Assembly: GCA_965232515.1 (NCBI GenBank) | Contig: CBDDPY010000002.1 | Coordinates: 1,824,001-1,888,000, forward strand | Direction of reading: 5' to 3' | DNA: 64,000 nucleotides | Source of the DNA: Alphaproteobacteria bacterium | GTDB taxonomy: Bacteria; Pseudomonadota; Alphaproteobacteria; GCA-2731375 | Shown here: positions 12,719-21,801 of the stretch, one piece after another | Layout: the number at the start of each line of letters is the position of its first letter | How positions within the stretch are numbered: the first letter of the stretch is position 1 | Program-made: the position numbers and the translations under genes | The notes under the pieces: model-generated | The model's input: only the letters and a program-made list of their open reading frames with translations | Told to the model about the DNA's origin: nothing | The model's database searches: none

Positions 12719-13884
12719 CCGGCGGGTCTTGCGCAGACCCGGTCCATCAGCCGGCGCATGAAGTCCTCGCACAGCGCGACCTGCGCAATCGCGACGAACT
12801 CGTTCGGCTTGTGCGCCTGCTCGATCGATCCCGGACCGCAGACGATGGTGGGAATACCGGCCTCCTGAAACAGCCCGGCCTCGGTGCCGAAGCTGACCTT
12901 GCCGCTGTCGTTGGCGCCGCTCAGGCTTTTCGCCAGCTCGGTCACGGCATCGGCCGGATCGGTCGACAGGCCCGGAATCTCCGAGCGCGGCGCGAACGAG
13001 ATCCCGGTCGCTGGATCGACCGCGTGCATCTCCGGCAGCAGGCTGTCGGCGAAGGCCTTGACCTCGGCAAAGATGCCGTCGGGGTCGTGATCCGGCAGAT
13101 AGCGCCACTCGAACTCGAAGCTGCAATCCTTCGGCACGATATTGAGCGCGGTGCCGCCGTTGATGGTGCCGGTGTGCACCGTCGTATAGGGCGGGTCGAA
13201 CTGCGGATCGTGCGGGCCTTGGTCGCGGAACCGCCGGGCCAGCGACTTCATGAAGGCCACGATCTCGGCCGCCGCCTCGACCGCATTGACACCGATATGC
13301 GTCATCGAGGAGTGGCATTCATGACCTCGCACCCGGCAGGTGTAGCTCTTCTTGCCCTTGTGCGCCGATATCACCTTCATCTCGGTCGGCTCACCGACGA
13401 TGCAGGCCTGCGGCCGCACCGGCAGGTTCTCCAGGTCGGCGATCAGCCGGCGGACGCCAATGCAGCCGACTTCCTCGTCGTATGAGAAGGCGAAATGGAT
13501 CGGCGTTTCCAGGTCCCGGGCCAGAAACTCCGGCGCCATCGCCAGCGCCACCGCCACGAACGACTTCATGTCCGACGTGCCGCGGCCATAAAGCCGGCCA
13601 TCGGCCTCGGTGACCGCGAACGGGTCCGTATGCCATTCCTGGCCGTCGACGGGCACCACGTCGGTGTGGCCCGACAGCACGATGCCCGGCCGGTCGGCGG
13701 GTCCCATGGTGGCGAACAGATTGGCCTTGCGGCCGTCGTCGTCGTGGGTCAGCCGACTGTCGATGCCGAGATCGGCGAGATAGTCGCGGACGAAATCGAT
13801 CAGCGCCAGGTTGGAATCTCGGCTCGTCGTGTCGAATCCGATCAGCCTGTCGATCATGGCGCGGCTTGTCAGGGCTGAAGCCAT
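12715..13884 (-). CDS. argE: Acetylornithine deacetylase (M20 family)
   Basis: LSGHTDVVP, YGRGTSDMK, SYDEEVGC, IVGEPT, FGTEAG, QAHKPNE; start re-assigned to ATG at 13884. Confidence 0.92.
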   Translation of the reverse strand: MASALTSRAMIDRLIGFDTTSRDSNLALIDFVRDYLADLGIDSRLTHDDDGRKANLFATMGPADRPGIVLSGHTDVVPVDGQEWHTDPFAVTEADGRLYGRGTSDMKSFVAVALAMAPEFLARDLETPIHFAFSYDEEVGCIGVRRLIADLENLPVRPQACIVGEPTEMKVISAHKGKKSYTCRVRGHECHSSMTHIGVNAVEAAAEIVAFMKSLARRFRDQGPHDPQFDPPYTTVHTGTINGGTALNIVPKDCSFEFEWRYLPDHDPDGIFAEVKAFADSLLPEMHAVDPATGISFAPRSEIPGLSTDPADAVTELAKSLSGANDSGKVSFGTEAGLFQEAGIPTIVCGPGSIEQAHKPNEFVAIAQVALCEDFMRRLMDRVCARPAG

Positions 13885-13991
13885 CAATACATATCCAGTT
13901 CGGGTAAACGGTCGGTGCGTCGCTTCTGAAGGGTCTCGCCGACAATAGGCCGCAATCGCCGGGACCGCCAAGCCGGCAATCGGGAGGTCAC

Positions 13992-14837
13992 ATGCAGGAT
14001 AACGCAAATCCGGTCGACGAGACGCCGGGCGCCGAGCTGTGGCGCACGCGCGCCGCGGCCTGGGACAAGTGGGCCGATCACATGGCGAAGCTCGCCGATG
14101 GCATGAACCAGCCGCTGCTCGACGCCGCCGAGATCTCGAGCGGTCAGCGGGTTCTGGATATCGCCTCCGGCGTCGGACAGCCGATGTTCAGCATCCTCGA
14201 TCGCGTCGGATCCGACGGTCACGTGACCGCCACCGACGCCGTCCCGGAAATGCTGACGGCGCTGCGGCGGCGGGTCGCCGAAGCCGGCATCGCCAATGTC
14301 GCGGTCGAGCAGGCCGACATGGAGGCCTTGCCGTTCGACGACACGCGCTTCGACCGGGTGACCTGCCGCTTCGGCATCATGTTCACGCCTGATCCCGCGC
14401 GCGCGCTCGCCGAAATGCGCCGCGTCCTGAAGCCGGGTGGCGTGGCCGCGGCCATGGTCTGGGGCGAACAGGCCCGGGTGACGATGTTCGACGTGATCGA
14501 TCAGGTCACGCGTGAAAAATTGGGCGATAGTCCGTTCGGCGAGACGCGCTTTACGCCCTATCGGCTCGGCCGGCCCGGCGATCTCACGGCACTGCTCGCC
14601 TCGGCCGGGTTTGTCGATCACCACGAGCAGGAGATCCGTTTCAGCTCGCGGATCGATGCGTCGATCCCGTTCTGGCGGCCGAACCTGGAGATGACGCTGG
14701 GCGAGCAGCTGTCCGATCTCGACGAGACCGCCCGGACCGACCTGGAAGACGCCGTCATCGCCGGCTTCGAACCATTTCGCGACGGTAGGGATGTGGTCCT
14801 GCAATCGGAAGTGCGTATCGCCATCGGCCGCGAATGA
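13992..14837 (+). CDS. Class I SAM-dependent methyltransferase (UbiE-like)
   Basis: VLDIASGVG, ADMEALPF, FDRVTCRFGIMF, RVLKPGG; GGAGG RBS. Confidence 0.9.
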   Translation: MQDNANPVDETPGAELWRTRAAAWDKWADHMAKLADGMNQPLLDAAEISSGQRVLDIASGVGQPMFSILDRVGSDGHVTATDAVPEMLTALRRRVAEAGIANVAVEQADMEALPFDDTRFDRVTCRFGIMFTPDPARALAEMRRVLKPGGVAAAMVWGEQARVTMFDVIDQVTREKLGDSPFGETRFTPYRLGRPGDLTALLASAGFVDHHEQEIRFSSRIDASIPFWRPNLEMTLGEQLSDLDETARTDLEDAVIAGFEPFRDGRDVVLQSEVRIAIGRE

Positions 14838-15082
14838 CGGGCCGTCAAATCGACATCTAGTCCCTAACGCATCGGCTAGACACAAATACCGGCAAGCTTA
14901 TGTAAAATAGAGAGGGCCATTCGTGCTCTTGACGGCACGAAGATATACAAGCGCCCGATGACAAGTGATTGCCCAATTCCGATCCCTCGACATTAAGGTT
15001 AACGCGGGTTAAGCATGATTTTCTTTGCATTTATTTCCACGCTCTCCTAACTTCGCCGTTCATCCCGCATCGGGAGGGAACG

Positions 15083-15433
15083 GTGACGGAAAAAAATCGT
15101 AATCCGGCGGTAGCACCGCTACCGCACGATAATTCTTGTGCGACCGACGAGGCGTCGACGGACCGCCAACGTGTTCAATGGTTTGGCCATGTCATCGATG
15201 ATGGCGCCATGCAGGCCGTAAGGGTACACGAGGTATCGCCTCGCGACGCCGTTCTGTGGTGCTTTGCGACGGTTCCGGCCAGCGATCAGCTGACCTTGTT
15301 CGTGCCTGAGCTTGGCCATGTCCGGGCCGATATCGCCTGGCGCGAGGGTCAACAGATCGGCATCAGCTTCGCCGACGACCAGGCCCCCATTGGCGGCTCG
15401 GCCCCGGCCGAGACGATGGGCGAAGCCGCCTGA
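15083..15433 (+). CDS. PilZ-like domain protein (degenerate motifs)
   Basis: GTG start after GGGAGG; RQRV..G, VHEVS, LTLFVPELG.VRADIAWREGQQIGISF resembles the PilZ barrel. Confidence 0.6.
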   Translation: MTEKNRNPAVAPLPHDNSCATDEASTDRQRVQWFGHVIDDGAMQAVRVHEVSPRDAVLWCFATVPASDQLTLFVPELGHVRADIAWREGQQIGISFADDQAPIGGSAPAETMGEAA

Positions 15434-15641
15434 GGCGTCGGCTTAGACAGCGGATTATCCCGTTTTCCAGACCGTTCGTCGGCAACGCGCCGACTTCGCA
15501 AGTATTTACCCGGCTGGGAAAATAGGTTTACAAATCGTCGTGGTTTGAGCGCCGGGCCCGTTGGGTCCTGCGAGGATACGCCGATATCGCCGTCGGCAGA
15601 CCGGCGGTAATCGGCAATCCAAGCCTGATTGAGACGATTGC

Positions 15642-17915
15642 ATGACGATCGCTGGCCGCAAAGTAAAGGCTATGTCAGCGCCCCTGGCGGGCGTCGTTGA
15701 TGTCGAAAGCTTTTACCGTACGATCCTCGATACGGTGGACACCCTCGTCGTCGCCATCGACCGCGAAGGTCGCGTCGCCTTCTTCAACAGGGCTTGCGAA
15801 CAGGTCACCGGATACAGCGCCGACGAGGTGCTGGGCCGCAACGGTCCCGAACTCTTCCTGCCGCCCGAAGAGCGCTATGGCGTCAAGCGCGTCATCGACG
15901 ACATCTATAGTGGCCGCGCGCCGAACAATTACGTCAACCACTGGCTGACCAAGGACGGCTCGCGCCGACTGTTCGTCTGGACCAACAACGCCATCTTCGA
16001 CGAAGACGGCGCCGTCCGTCTGCTGATCGGCACCGGCATCGATATCACCGAGCATCAGCGGCTGCAGCAGCGCTTCTCCGATGCCATCGAGGGCATGCAG
16101 GACGGTTTCGCGATTTACGACGCCGACGACCGGCTGGTGCAGTGCAATTCCCGCTATGTCGAGATGTGGCGTCCGATCGCCGACTACATCGTTCCCGGCA
16201 TGCGGTTCGCCGAATTCTGCCGCCTTGCCTGGGACCATGGCATGGTCCGCGGCACGGACCTCTCTCGTGACGACTGGCTCGACATGCGACTGGCGCAGCA
16301 TCGCGACGCCGGGGGCGTCATCGAACGCCAGATGGCCGAAGACCGCTGGGTGCGGATCACCGAGAGCCGGACCAGCGACAATGGCATCGTCACCGTCGCC
16401 ACGGACATTACGGCCGAGAAGCGGACCGAGGCCGCGCTGCGCGAGAGCGAGCAACGCTTCAAGGATTTTGCCGAGTCCGCCTCCGACTGGCTTTGGGAGA
16501 TGGGACCGGATCTTCGCGTGACCTATATGTCCGACCGGGCCGAACAGGCGACCGGCCGCCCGGTCGCCTGGCATATCGGCAAGGCCCATCAGGACCTCGC
16601 CGAAGATGACATCGATTCCGAGCGCTGGCATCGGCATCAGGACGACCTCGAAGAACGTCGGGCGTTTCGCGATTTCGAGTTTCGGCGCCAGCACCCCGAC
16701 GGGCATATGCAGTGGTTTGCCACCAGCGGCGCCCCGCGCTTCGACGCGGCCGGCAGCTTCCTTGGCTATCGTGGCGCCGCGCGCGACATCACGGCGCGGC
16801 GGCAGGCCCAGCAGGACATGGAGATCGCGCAACGGCGCCTGCAGGACGCCATCGCCAGCAGCCCGGCCGGCATCATGGTGTTCGACGCCGACGACCGGCT
16901 ATTGACCTGGAACGACGCCTATGTCGGCATGTTTCCGCACCAGGTGTCGCTGCTGCAGCCCGGCACGCCCTTCGCCGAGTTCCCCAAGAACTCGGTCCGG
17001 GTCGGCGCCATCGCCCATGGCGAGGCGACGGCCGAAGAATGGGCCCGGTCGCGCACCCGCAGCCATCGCCGTCCCGACAAGGCCGTCGAAATCTCGATGG
17101 CCGACGGCCGCTGGTTTCTGATCAGCGAGCGCCGCACGTCGGACGGCGGGATCATCATGGTCTGCACGGATATCACGCTGCTGAAACAGGTGGAGCACGA
17201 GCTGAAGCGGTCGAACGCCGAATTGGACCAGTTCGCCTCCGTCGCCTCGCATGACCTGCAGGAACCGCTACGCAAGGTGCTCGCGTTCGGCGACCTGCTG
17301 CAGGCGGAATATGGCGCGCTGCTCCCCGACGAGGCGCGCGAATACATCGCCAGCATGCAAAGCGCCTCGGTCCGGATGCGCCAACTGATCGGCGACCTGC
17401 TGTCGCTGTCTCGGATCACGACGGCCGCGGAGCCCTTTACGCAGGTCGATCTGACGCTTGCCGCCCACTATGCCGTCGGCCTGCTCGAGCAGAGCATGGC
17501 CGACAGCGGTGGGCGGATCGAGTTCGACCAGCTCGCCACCATCGAAGCCGTCGAGACCCAGATGGTGCAGCTTCTGCAGAACCTTCTCGGCAACGCCTTG
17601 AAGTACCATCGCGAGGATGTGCCGCCCGTCATCCGGATCACCAGCACCGAGCGGCCGCAGGCCGATGTCTGCGAGCTGCGGGTCGAGGACAACGGTATCG
17701 GGTTCGACCAAAGGCATGCCGAACAGATCTTCGGCGTGTTCCAGCGCCTGCATTCACGCGAGACGTTCGAGGGAACCGGGATCGGCCTTGCGGTCTGCAA
17801 GAAGATCGTCGAACGTCACCACGGGCGGATCTCGGCAACCTCGACGAAGGGCGTCGGCAGCGTGTTCGTGATCGAACTTCCGCTGCGGCAAAGAATGGGC
17901 GGTCAGACGACATGA
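15642..17915 (+). CDS. Cytoplasmic multi-PAS histidine kinase (Cph1/BphP-type transmitter)
   Basis: Four PAS-like repeats and no evident TM segment; H-box SHDLQEPLRKV, NLLGNALKY, DNGIGF, GTGIGL. Confidence 0.93.
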   Translation: MTIAGRKVKAMSAPLAGVVDVESFYRTILDTVDTLVVAIDREGRVAFFNRACEQVTGYSADEVLGRNGPELFLPPEERYGVKRVIDDIYSGRAPNNYVNHWLTKDGSRRLFVWTNNAIFDEDGAVRLLIGTGIDITEHQRLQQRFSDAIEGMQDGFAIYDADDRLVQCNSRYVEMWRPIADYIVPGMRFAEFCRLAWDHGMVRGTDLSRDDWLDMRLAQHRDAGGVIERQMAEDRWVRITESRTSDNGIVTVATDITAEKRTEAALRESEQRFKDFAESASDWLWEMGPDLRVTYMSDRAEQATGRPVAWHIGKAHQDLAEDDIDSERWHRHQDDLEERRAFRDFEFRRQHPDGHMQWFATSGAPRFDAAGSFLGYRGAARDITARRQAQQDMEIAQRRLQDAIASSPAGIMVFDADDRLLTWNDAYVGMFPHQVSLLQPGTPFAEFPKNSVRVGAIAHGEATAEEWARSRTRSHRRPDKAVEISMADGRWFLISERRTSDGGIIMVCTDITLLKQVEHELKRSNAELDQFASVASHDLQEPLRKVLAFGDLLQAEYGALLPDEAREYIASMQSASVRMRQLIGDLLSLSRITTAAEPFTQVDLTLAAHYAVGLLEQSMADSGGRIEFDQLATIEAVETQMVQLLQNLLGNALKYHREDVPPVIRITSTERPQADVCELRVEDNGIGFDQRHAEQIFGVFQRLHSRETFEGTGIGLAVCKKIVERHHGRISATSTKGVGSVFVIELPLRQRMGGQTT

Positions 17916-18358
17916 CGGAACCGAACCGGCGGGCCGCTATCCTGATGGCCGACGACGACCCGGACGACCGCGAGCTGACGCGGAAGGCACTGTCGGTGGC
18001 ATCCGTTGATTTCGATTTTCAGACCGTCGACAACGGCGAAGAGCTGCTCGCCTATCTGCGCCGCCACCCCCGTGGCAAGGCCAGGGCGCCGCGATGGCCG
18101 GATCTGATCCTGCTGGATCTGAACATGCCGGTCATGGACGGACGCGAAGCTCTGGCCGAGATCAAAAAGGACCAGGATCTGCGCCGCATTCCGATCATCG
18201 TACTGACCACATCGGATGCCGATTCGGACGTGGTCGACAGCTACGAGCTGGGCGCCAACTCCTACCTGACCAAGCCTGGGACCTTCCAGGAGCTCGTACA
18301 GATGGTCAAGCAGGTCGAGCAATACTGGTTCGAGCTGGTGCAGTTGCCGGCCCGTTAG
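17912..18358 (+). CDS. Single-domain response regulator (Rcp1-like)
   Basis: ILMADDD, PDLILLDLNMP, LTTS, SYELGANSYLTKP, YWF tail; 4-nt overlap with the kinase. Confidence 0.93.
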   Translation: MTEPNRRAAILMADDDPDDRELTRKALSVASVDFDFQTVDNGEELLAYLRRHPRGKARAPRWPDLILLDLNMPVMDGREALAEIKKDQDLRRIPIIVLTTSDADSDVVDSYELGANSYLTKPGTFQELVQMVKQVEQYWFELVQLPAR

Positions 18359-18523
18359 GCCGCCTTTTTCACCGCCGTCACGGCCGGCGCGGCGCACCGC
18401 CTGGGCCGCCCAACGGCAGGCTCGGGTCGCATTCAGCTTTCATTAACCGAATCCCCGTGAGATGTGCTGGTCGTCGCCTTGTATCAGGTCTGCACCATGT
18501 CTTTCGCGCTGACGGACACTTGT

Positions 18524-19726
18524 ATGATGACCCAGTCCGCTGGCAGTTCGGTGGCCTCGGGTGGGAGCCATTCCGACGGGAGCTCCGGTTTCGCACATCG
18601 TCGGCTGGCCGCCGGCGACAAAGCCGCCATTCTGGTTGTTGACGACGATCGTGAAGACCGGCAGCTGATCGAACGGGCGCTGCGCCGCGCCGAGGGCTGT
18701 GATGTGGCGATCGCGCATGCCGCCGACTTCAGTGCCGCGCTGCAGATGCTGCGGACGGACCGTTTTCGGGTTGCCCTGATCGACCTGCAATTGGGTGTCG
18801 AATCGGGGCTCGAGCTGGTCCGCCAGGCGGGAGGGCGCACCTGCGCGACGCCACTCATCCTGCTCACCGGCGCCGGCACCCGCGCCAACGATGTCGCGGC
18901 CATGGCGGCCGGCGTGATCGACTATATCGACAAGCAGGAGCTCACGCCGACGGTGCTGGAGCGGACCATCCGCTATGCCTGTCATACCCACGCGCTCGAA
19001 TGCACGCTGCACGACACCATGCAACGCCTGGAGCGCGCCAGCCGCGCGAAGTCGGACTTCCTGGCCCGGATGAGCCACGACTTCCGCACGCCGCTGAACG
19101 CTATCCTCGGTTTCTCCGAGCTGATCCGCGACGAGATCATGGGACCGGTCGGCAACCGGGCTTATGCCGACTATGCCGGCGACATCCATGCCAGCGGCAG
19201 CCATCTGCTGGACCTGGTCAACGACGTCCTGGATCTGGCCAAGATCGAGGCCGGTCAGTTCAAGCTCGAACTGGCCCCGATCGATGTCCACGCGGCGGTG
19301 GTCGACGCCGTTCGGGTCGCCGCGCCTCAGGCCGCGCGCAGGGATATCCGCATCAACGCCGGTCCGATGGCGGGCCTGCCGCGCTTGCGCGCCGACGCCC
19401 GGGCTCTGAAGCAGATGCTGCTGAACCTACTGTCGAACGCCGTCAAGTTCACCGACGCCGGCGGCACGATCAGTATCGAAGCGAGCAAGGACAACCGGGA
19501 ATACCGCCTTGCGGTGATCGACACCGGCATCGGTATCGAAGCCGGTGATATCGACCGCGTGCTGGCGCCGTTCGGCCAGGTCCGGCCGACCATCGGCCGC
19601 GAGGAAGCCGGCACCGGCCTCGGCCTGCCGATCGTGAAATCGCTTATCGAGGCGCATGGCGGGCGTCTGGAGATCGACAGCGCACCCGGTAAAGGCACGG
19701 TCGTTGCCCTCTGCTTTCCCGTCTAA
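18524..19726 (+). CDS. Hybrid REC-HisKA-HATPase kinase with PleC/DivJ-like H-box
   Basis: N-terminal receiver (VVDDD, LIDL, LLTG, DK); MSHDFRTPLNAILGFSE, KQMLLNLLSNAVKFT, GTGLGL; start uncertain (18464-18527). Confidence 0.9.
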   Translation: MMTQSAGSSVASGGSHSDGSSGFAHRRLAAGDKAAILVVDDDREDRQLIERALRRAEGCDVAIAHAADFSAALQMLRTDRFRVALIDLQLGVESGLELVRQAGGRTCATPLILLTGAGTRANDVAAMAAGVIDYIDKQELTPTVLERTIRYACHTHALECTLHDTMQRLERASRAKSDFLARMSHDFRTPLNAILGFSELIRDEIMGPVGNRAYADYAGDIHASGSHLLDLVNDVLDLAKIEAGQFKLELAPIDVHAAVVDAVRVAAPQAARRDIRINAGPMAGLPRLRADARALKQMLLNLLSNAVKFTDAGGTISIEASKDNREYRLAVIDTGIGIEAGDIDRVLAPFGQVRPTIGREEAGTGLGLPIVKSLIEAHGGRLEIDSAPGKGTVVALCFPV

Positions 19727-19952
19727 GGCCGGTCCCCGCACGGGAAACCACGCCGGCTAAAACCGGCATTGCGGCATCGACGGCCGGTAGCCGTCCGGCT
19801 GACGCCCTGAAATCCAGCGCTTCTTAGGCTGTCCCGCCGCCTTCCCACGCTGACATTAACCATCTTGGACGGGTCGCCGACGCGACCTGCTGCGGCAATT
19901 TGTCCACCTCTCGGCTGGACAATTCCCATGACGAAGCTTATTATTCATCTCG

Positions 19953-19974
19953 TCGATATATCGAATTGTTATAT
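19953..19974. promoter_or_regulatory. Candidate PadR operator
   Basis: Perfect palindrome TCGATATATCGA (19953-19964) in the AT-rich promoter region upstream of the PadR gene. Confidence 0.5.
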
Positions 19975-19994
19975 TATTATGCAAACTATGTAGT

Positions 19995-20047
19995 TACGCA
20001 GCCGCGGGTGTCCTCGCAAAGGGAATTGAGCCGAGACGGTCTGCGTA
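19995..20047 (+). ncRNA. Candidate structured cis-regulatory leader RNA
   Basis: TACGCAG/CTGCGTA outer stem, CCG/CGG, CGG/CCG, internal loop GTG/ATTGAG and TCCT/GGGA stem around GCAA; lies between promoter and RBS. Confidence 0.5.
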
Positions 20048-20093
20048 TGGGGATGGTGACGCTGGCCGGACGGCCATAGGAGCAGGTGACGGC

Positions 20094-20678
20094 ATGGATG
20101 TAAGGACCTTCTGTCTTGGCGTTCTGACGATGGGCGACGCCTCCGGCTACGAGATCAAGAAGCGCCTGGAGGGGCCGTTCCAGCATTTCTATGACGCCAG
20201 CTTCGGCTCGATTTATCCGGCGCTGAACCGGCTCCAGGACGAAGGATTGGTGACCTGCACGCATGAAGCGCAGAGCAAGCGGCCGGACAAGAAGGTTTAC
20301 GCGCTGACGCCCGAGGGCCGCTTGGCCTTCATCCGGGAGCTCAGCAGCGATCCCGGCCAGGATCGGGTCCGGTCGGAATTCCTTGTGCTGATGATGTTTG
20401 CCGAGCTGCTGCCGCTGCGTCACGTATCGAAGGTCATCGATGAGCGCATCGCCACGCTTCAGGGCATCGTCGATCAGATATCCAATCAGGAGTGCGCGGA
20501 AACCTCGCCCAGCCACCGGTTCGTTCGGGGCTACGGGCTGGCGATGTATCGCACGGCAATCAATTACCTGACCGAGAACCGCCACCTCGTCGAGGGCGAT
20601 GCCCTGATGGCGCAGGTCAAGGAAGATCGGACGAACGGCCAGACGCCGGCCGTCAAGGCGGTTCAGGCCGCCGAGTAG
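20094..20678 (+). CDS. PadR family transcriptional regulator
   Basis: ASGYEIKK, GSIYPALNRL, RPDKKVYALTPEGR; GGAG RBS. Confidence 0.93.
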   Translation: MDVRTFCLGVLTMGDASGYEIKKRLEGPFQHFYDASFGSIYPALNRLQDEGLVTCTHEAQSKRPDKKVYALTPEGRLAFIRELSSDPGQDRVRSEFLVLMMFAELLPLRHVSKVIDERIATLQGIVDQISNQECAETSPSHRFVRGYGLAMYRTAINYLTENRHLVEGDALMAQVKEDRTNGQTPAVKAVQAAE

Positions 20679-20691
20679 CGGGACGAACGAC

Positions 20692-21801
20692 ATGAAAAAA
20701 TCCGTCATCCTGGCCATACTGATCGCCATTGCGGCGGCTGGCTGGGTGCTGACCGGCCAGTACGGCGACAAGCTCGGCCTGGCCAACGACGTGGAGCGCA
20801 AACCCGCCGGCTCGGTCGCCGATCGGTTGGAGACGAAGGAAAACGCGGACCGGCGCGTCGCCGTCCGGGTCCGGCACAGCGTCGCCGTCGACCGGGCGCT
20901 CACCATCGTCGCCCGCGGGCGCACGGAGTCCTGGCGCAAGGTCGATCTCAAGGCGGAGGTCGAGGGCCAGGTCGTCGAGCTGCCGTTCAAGAAGGGCGCC
21001 CGCGTCAAGCGCGGCGACGTGATCGCCCGACTCGAGATCAACGCCCGTCAGGCGCAGCTCGAGGAAGCCAAGGCTCTCGTGCGGCAGCGCGAGATTGAGT
21101 ACAACGCCGCCAAGAAACTGCGCGCCAAGGGGTTCAGCGCGGAGACCACCTATGCTGGCGCCAAGGCCAGCCTCGATGCCGCCAATGCCATGGTCAAGCG
21201 CATGCAGGTCGCACTTGACAAGACCATCATCCGGGCGCCGTTCGACGGCGTGATCGACGAACGCATGGCCGAGCTCGGCGCGTTCGTGAAGGACGGCGAT
21301 CCGATTGCCCGTCTGGTGGATGAGGATCCCTATCTGGTGGTGGCCGAGGTTTCCGAGGACCGCATCGGTCAGCTCCAGGTCGGTCAGCCCGGCAGCGCCC
21401 GGCTGGCCACCGGCCGCGAGGTCCGCGGCACCATCCGGTTCATTGCCAGTGTGGCTTATTCCGCGACGCGGACCTTCCGCGTCGAGCTCGAGGTGCCAAA
21501 CGACGACCGCAGCCTGCGGGACGGCGTCACCGCCGACGTGCGCTTCCCGACCGACGTCATCAAGGCCCATCTGGTCTCGCCGGCGGTCTTGACGCTGAAC
21601 GATGCCGGTCTGGTCGGCGTGCGCTGCCTGGACGGCGACGAGCGCGTCGTCTTTCACCCGGTTGACGTAATCGGCGATCAGCCCAACGGCGTCTGGATCG
21701 CCGGCCTGCCGGAACGCATCGATCTGATTACGGTCGGTCAGGAATATGTCCGACAGGGCGACAGCGTGAAGGCGATCCGGTCGGAGGGCGCCACGTCATG
21801 A
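20692..21801 (+). CDS. RND efflux periplasmic adaptor (MFP)
   Basis: N-terminal TM segment, lipoyl halves (AEVEGQV...G.RVKRGD, IRAPFDG), ATRTFRVE. Confidence 0.93.
   Translation: MKKSVILAILIAIAAAGWVLTGQYGDKLGLANDVERKPAGSVADRLETKENADRRVAVRVRHSVAVDRALTIVARGRTESWRKVDLKAEVEGQVVELPFKKGARVKRGDVIARLEINARQAQLEEAKALVRQREIEYNAAKKLRAKGFSAETTYAGAKASLDAANAMVKRMQVALDKTIIRAPFDGVIDERMAELGAFVKDGDPIARLVDEDPYLVVAEVSEDRIGQLQVGQPGSARLATGREVRGTIRFIASVAYSATRTFRVELEVPNDDRSLRDGVTADVRFPTDVIKAHLVSPAVLTLNDAGLVGVRCLDGDERVVFHPVDVIGDQPNGVWIAGLPERIDLITVGQEYVRQGDSVKAIRSEGATS

Noticed and set aside
15581-15614. Imperfect hairpin upstream of the PAS kinase start
   Set aside because: A single bulged GC-rich stem with no distinctive motif; could be chance.
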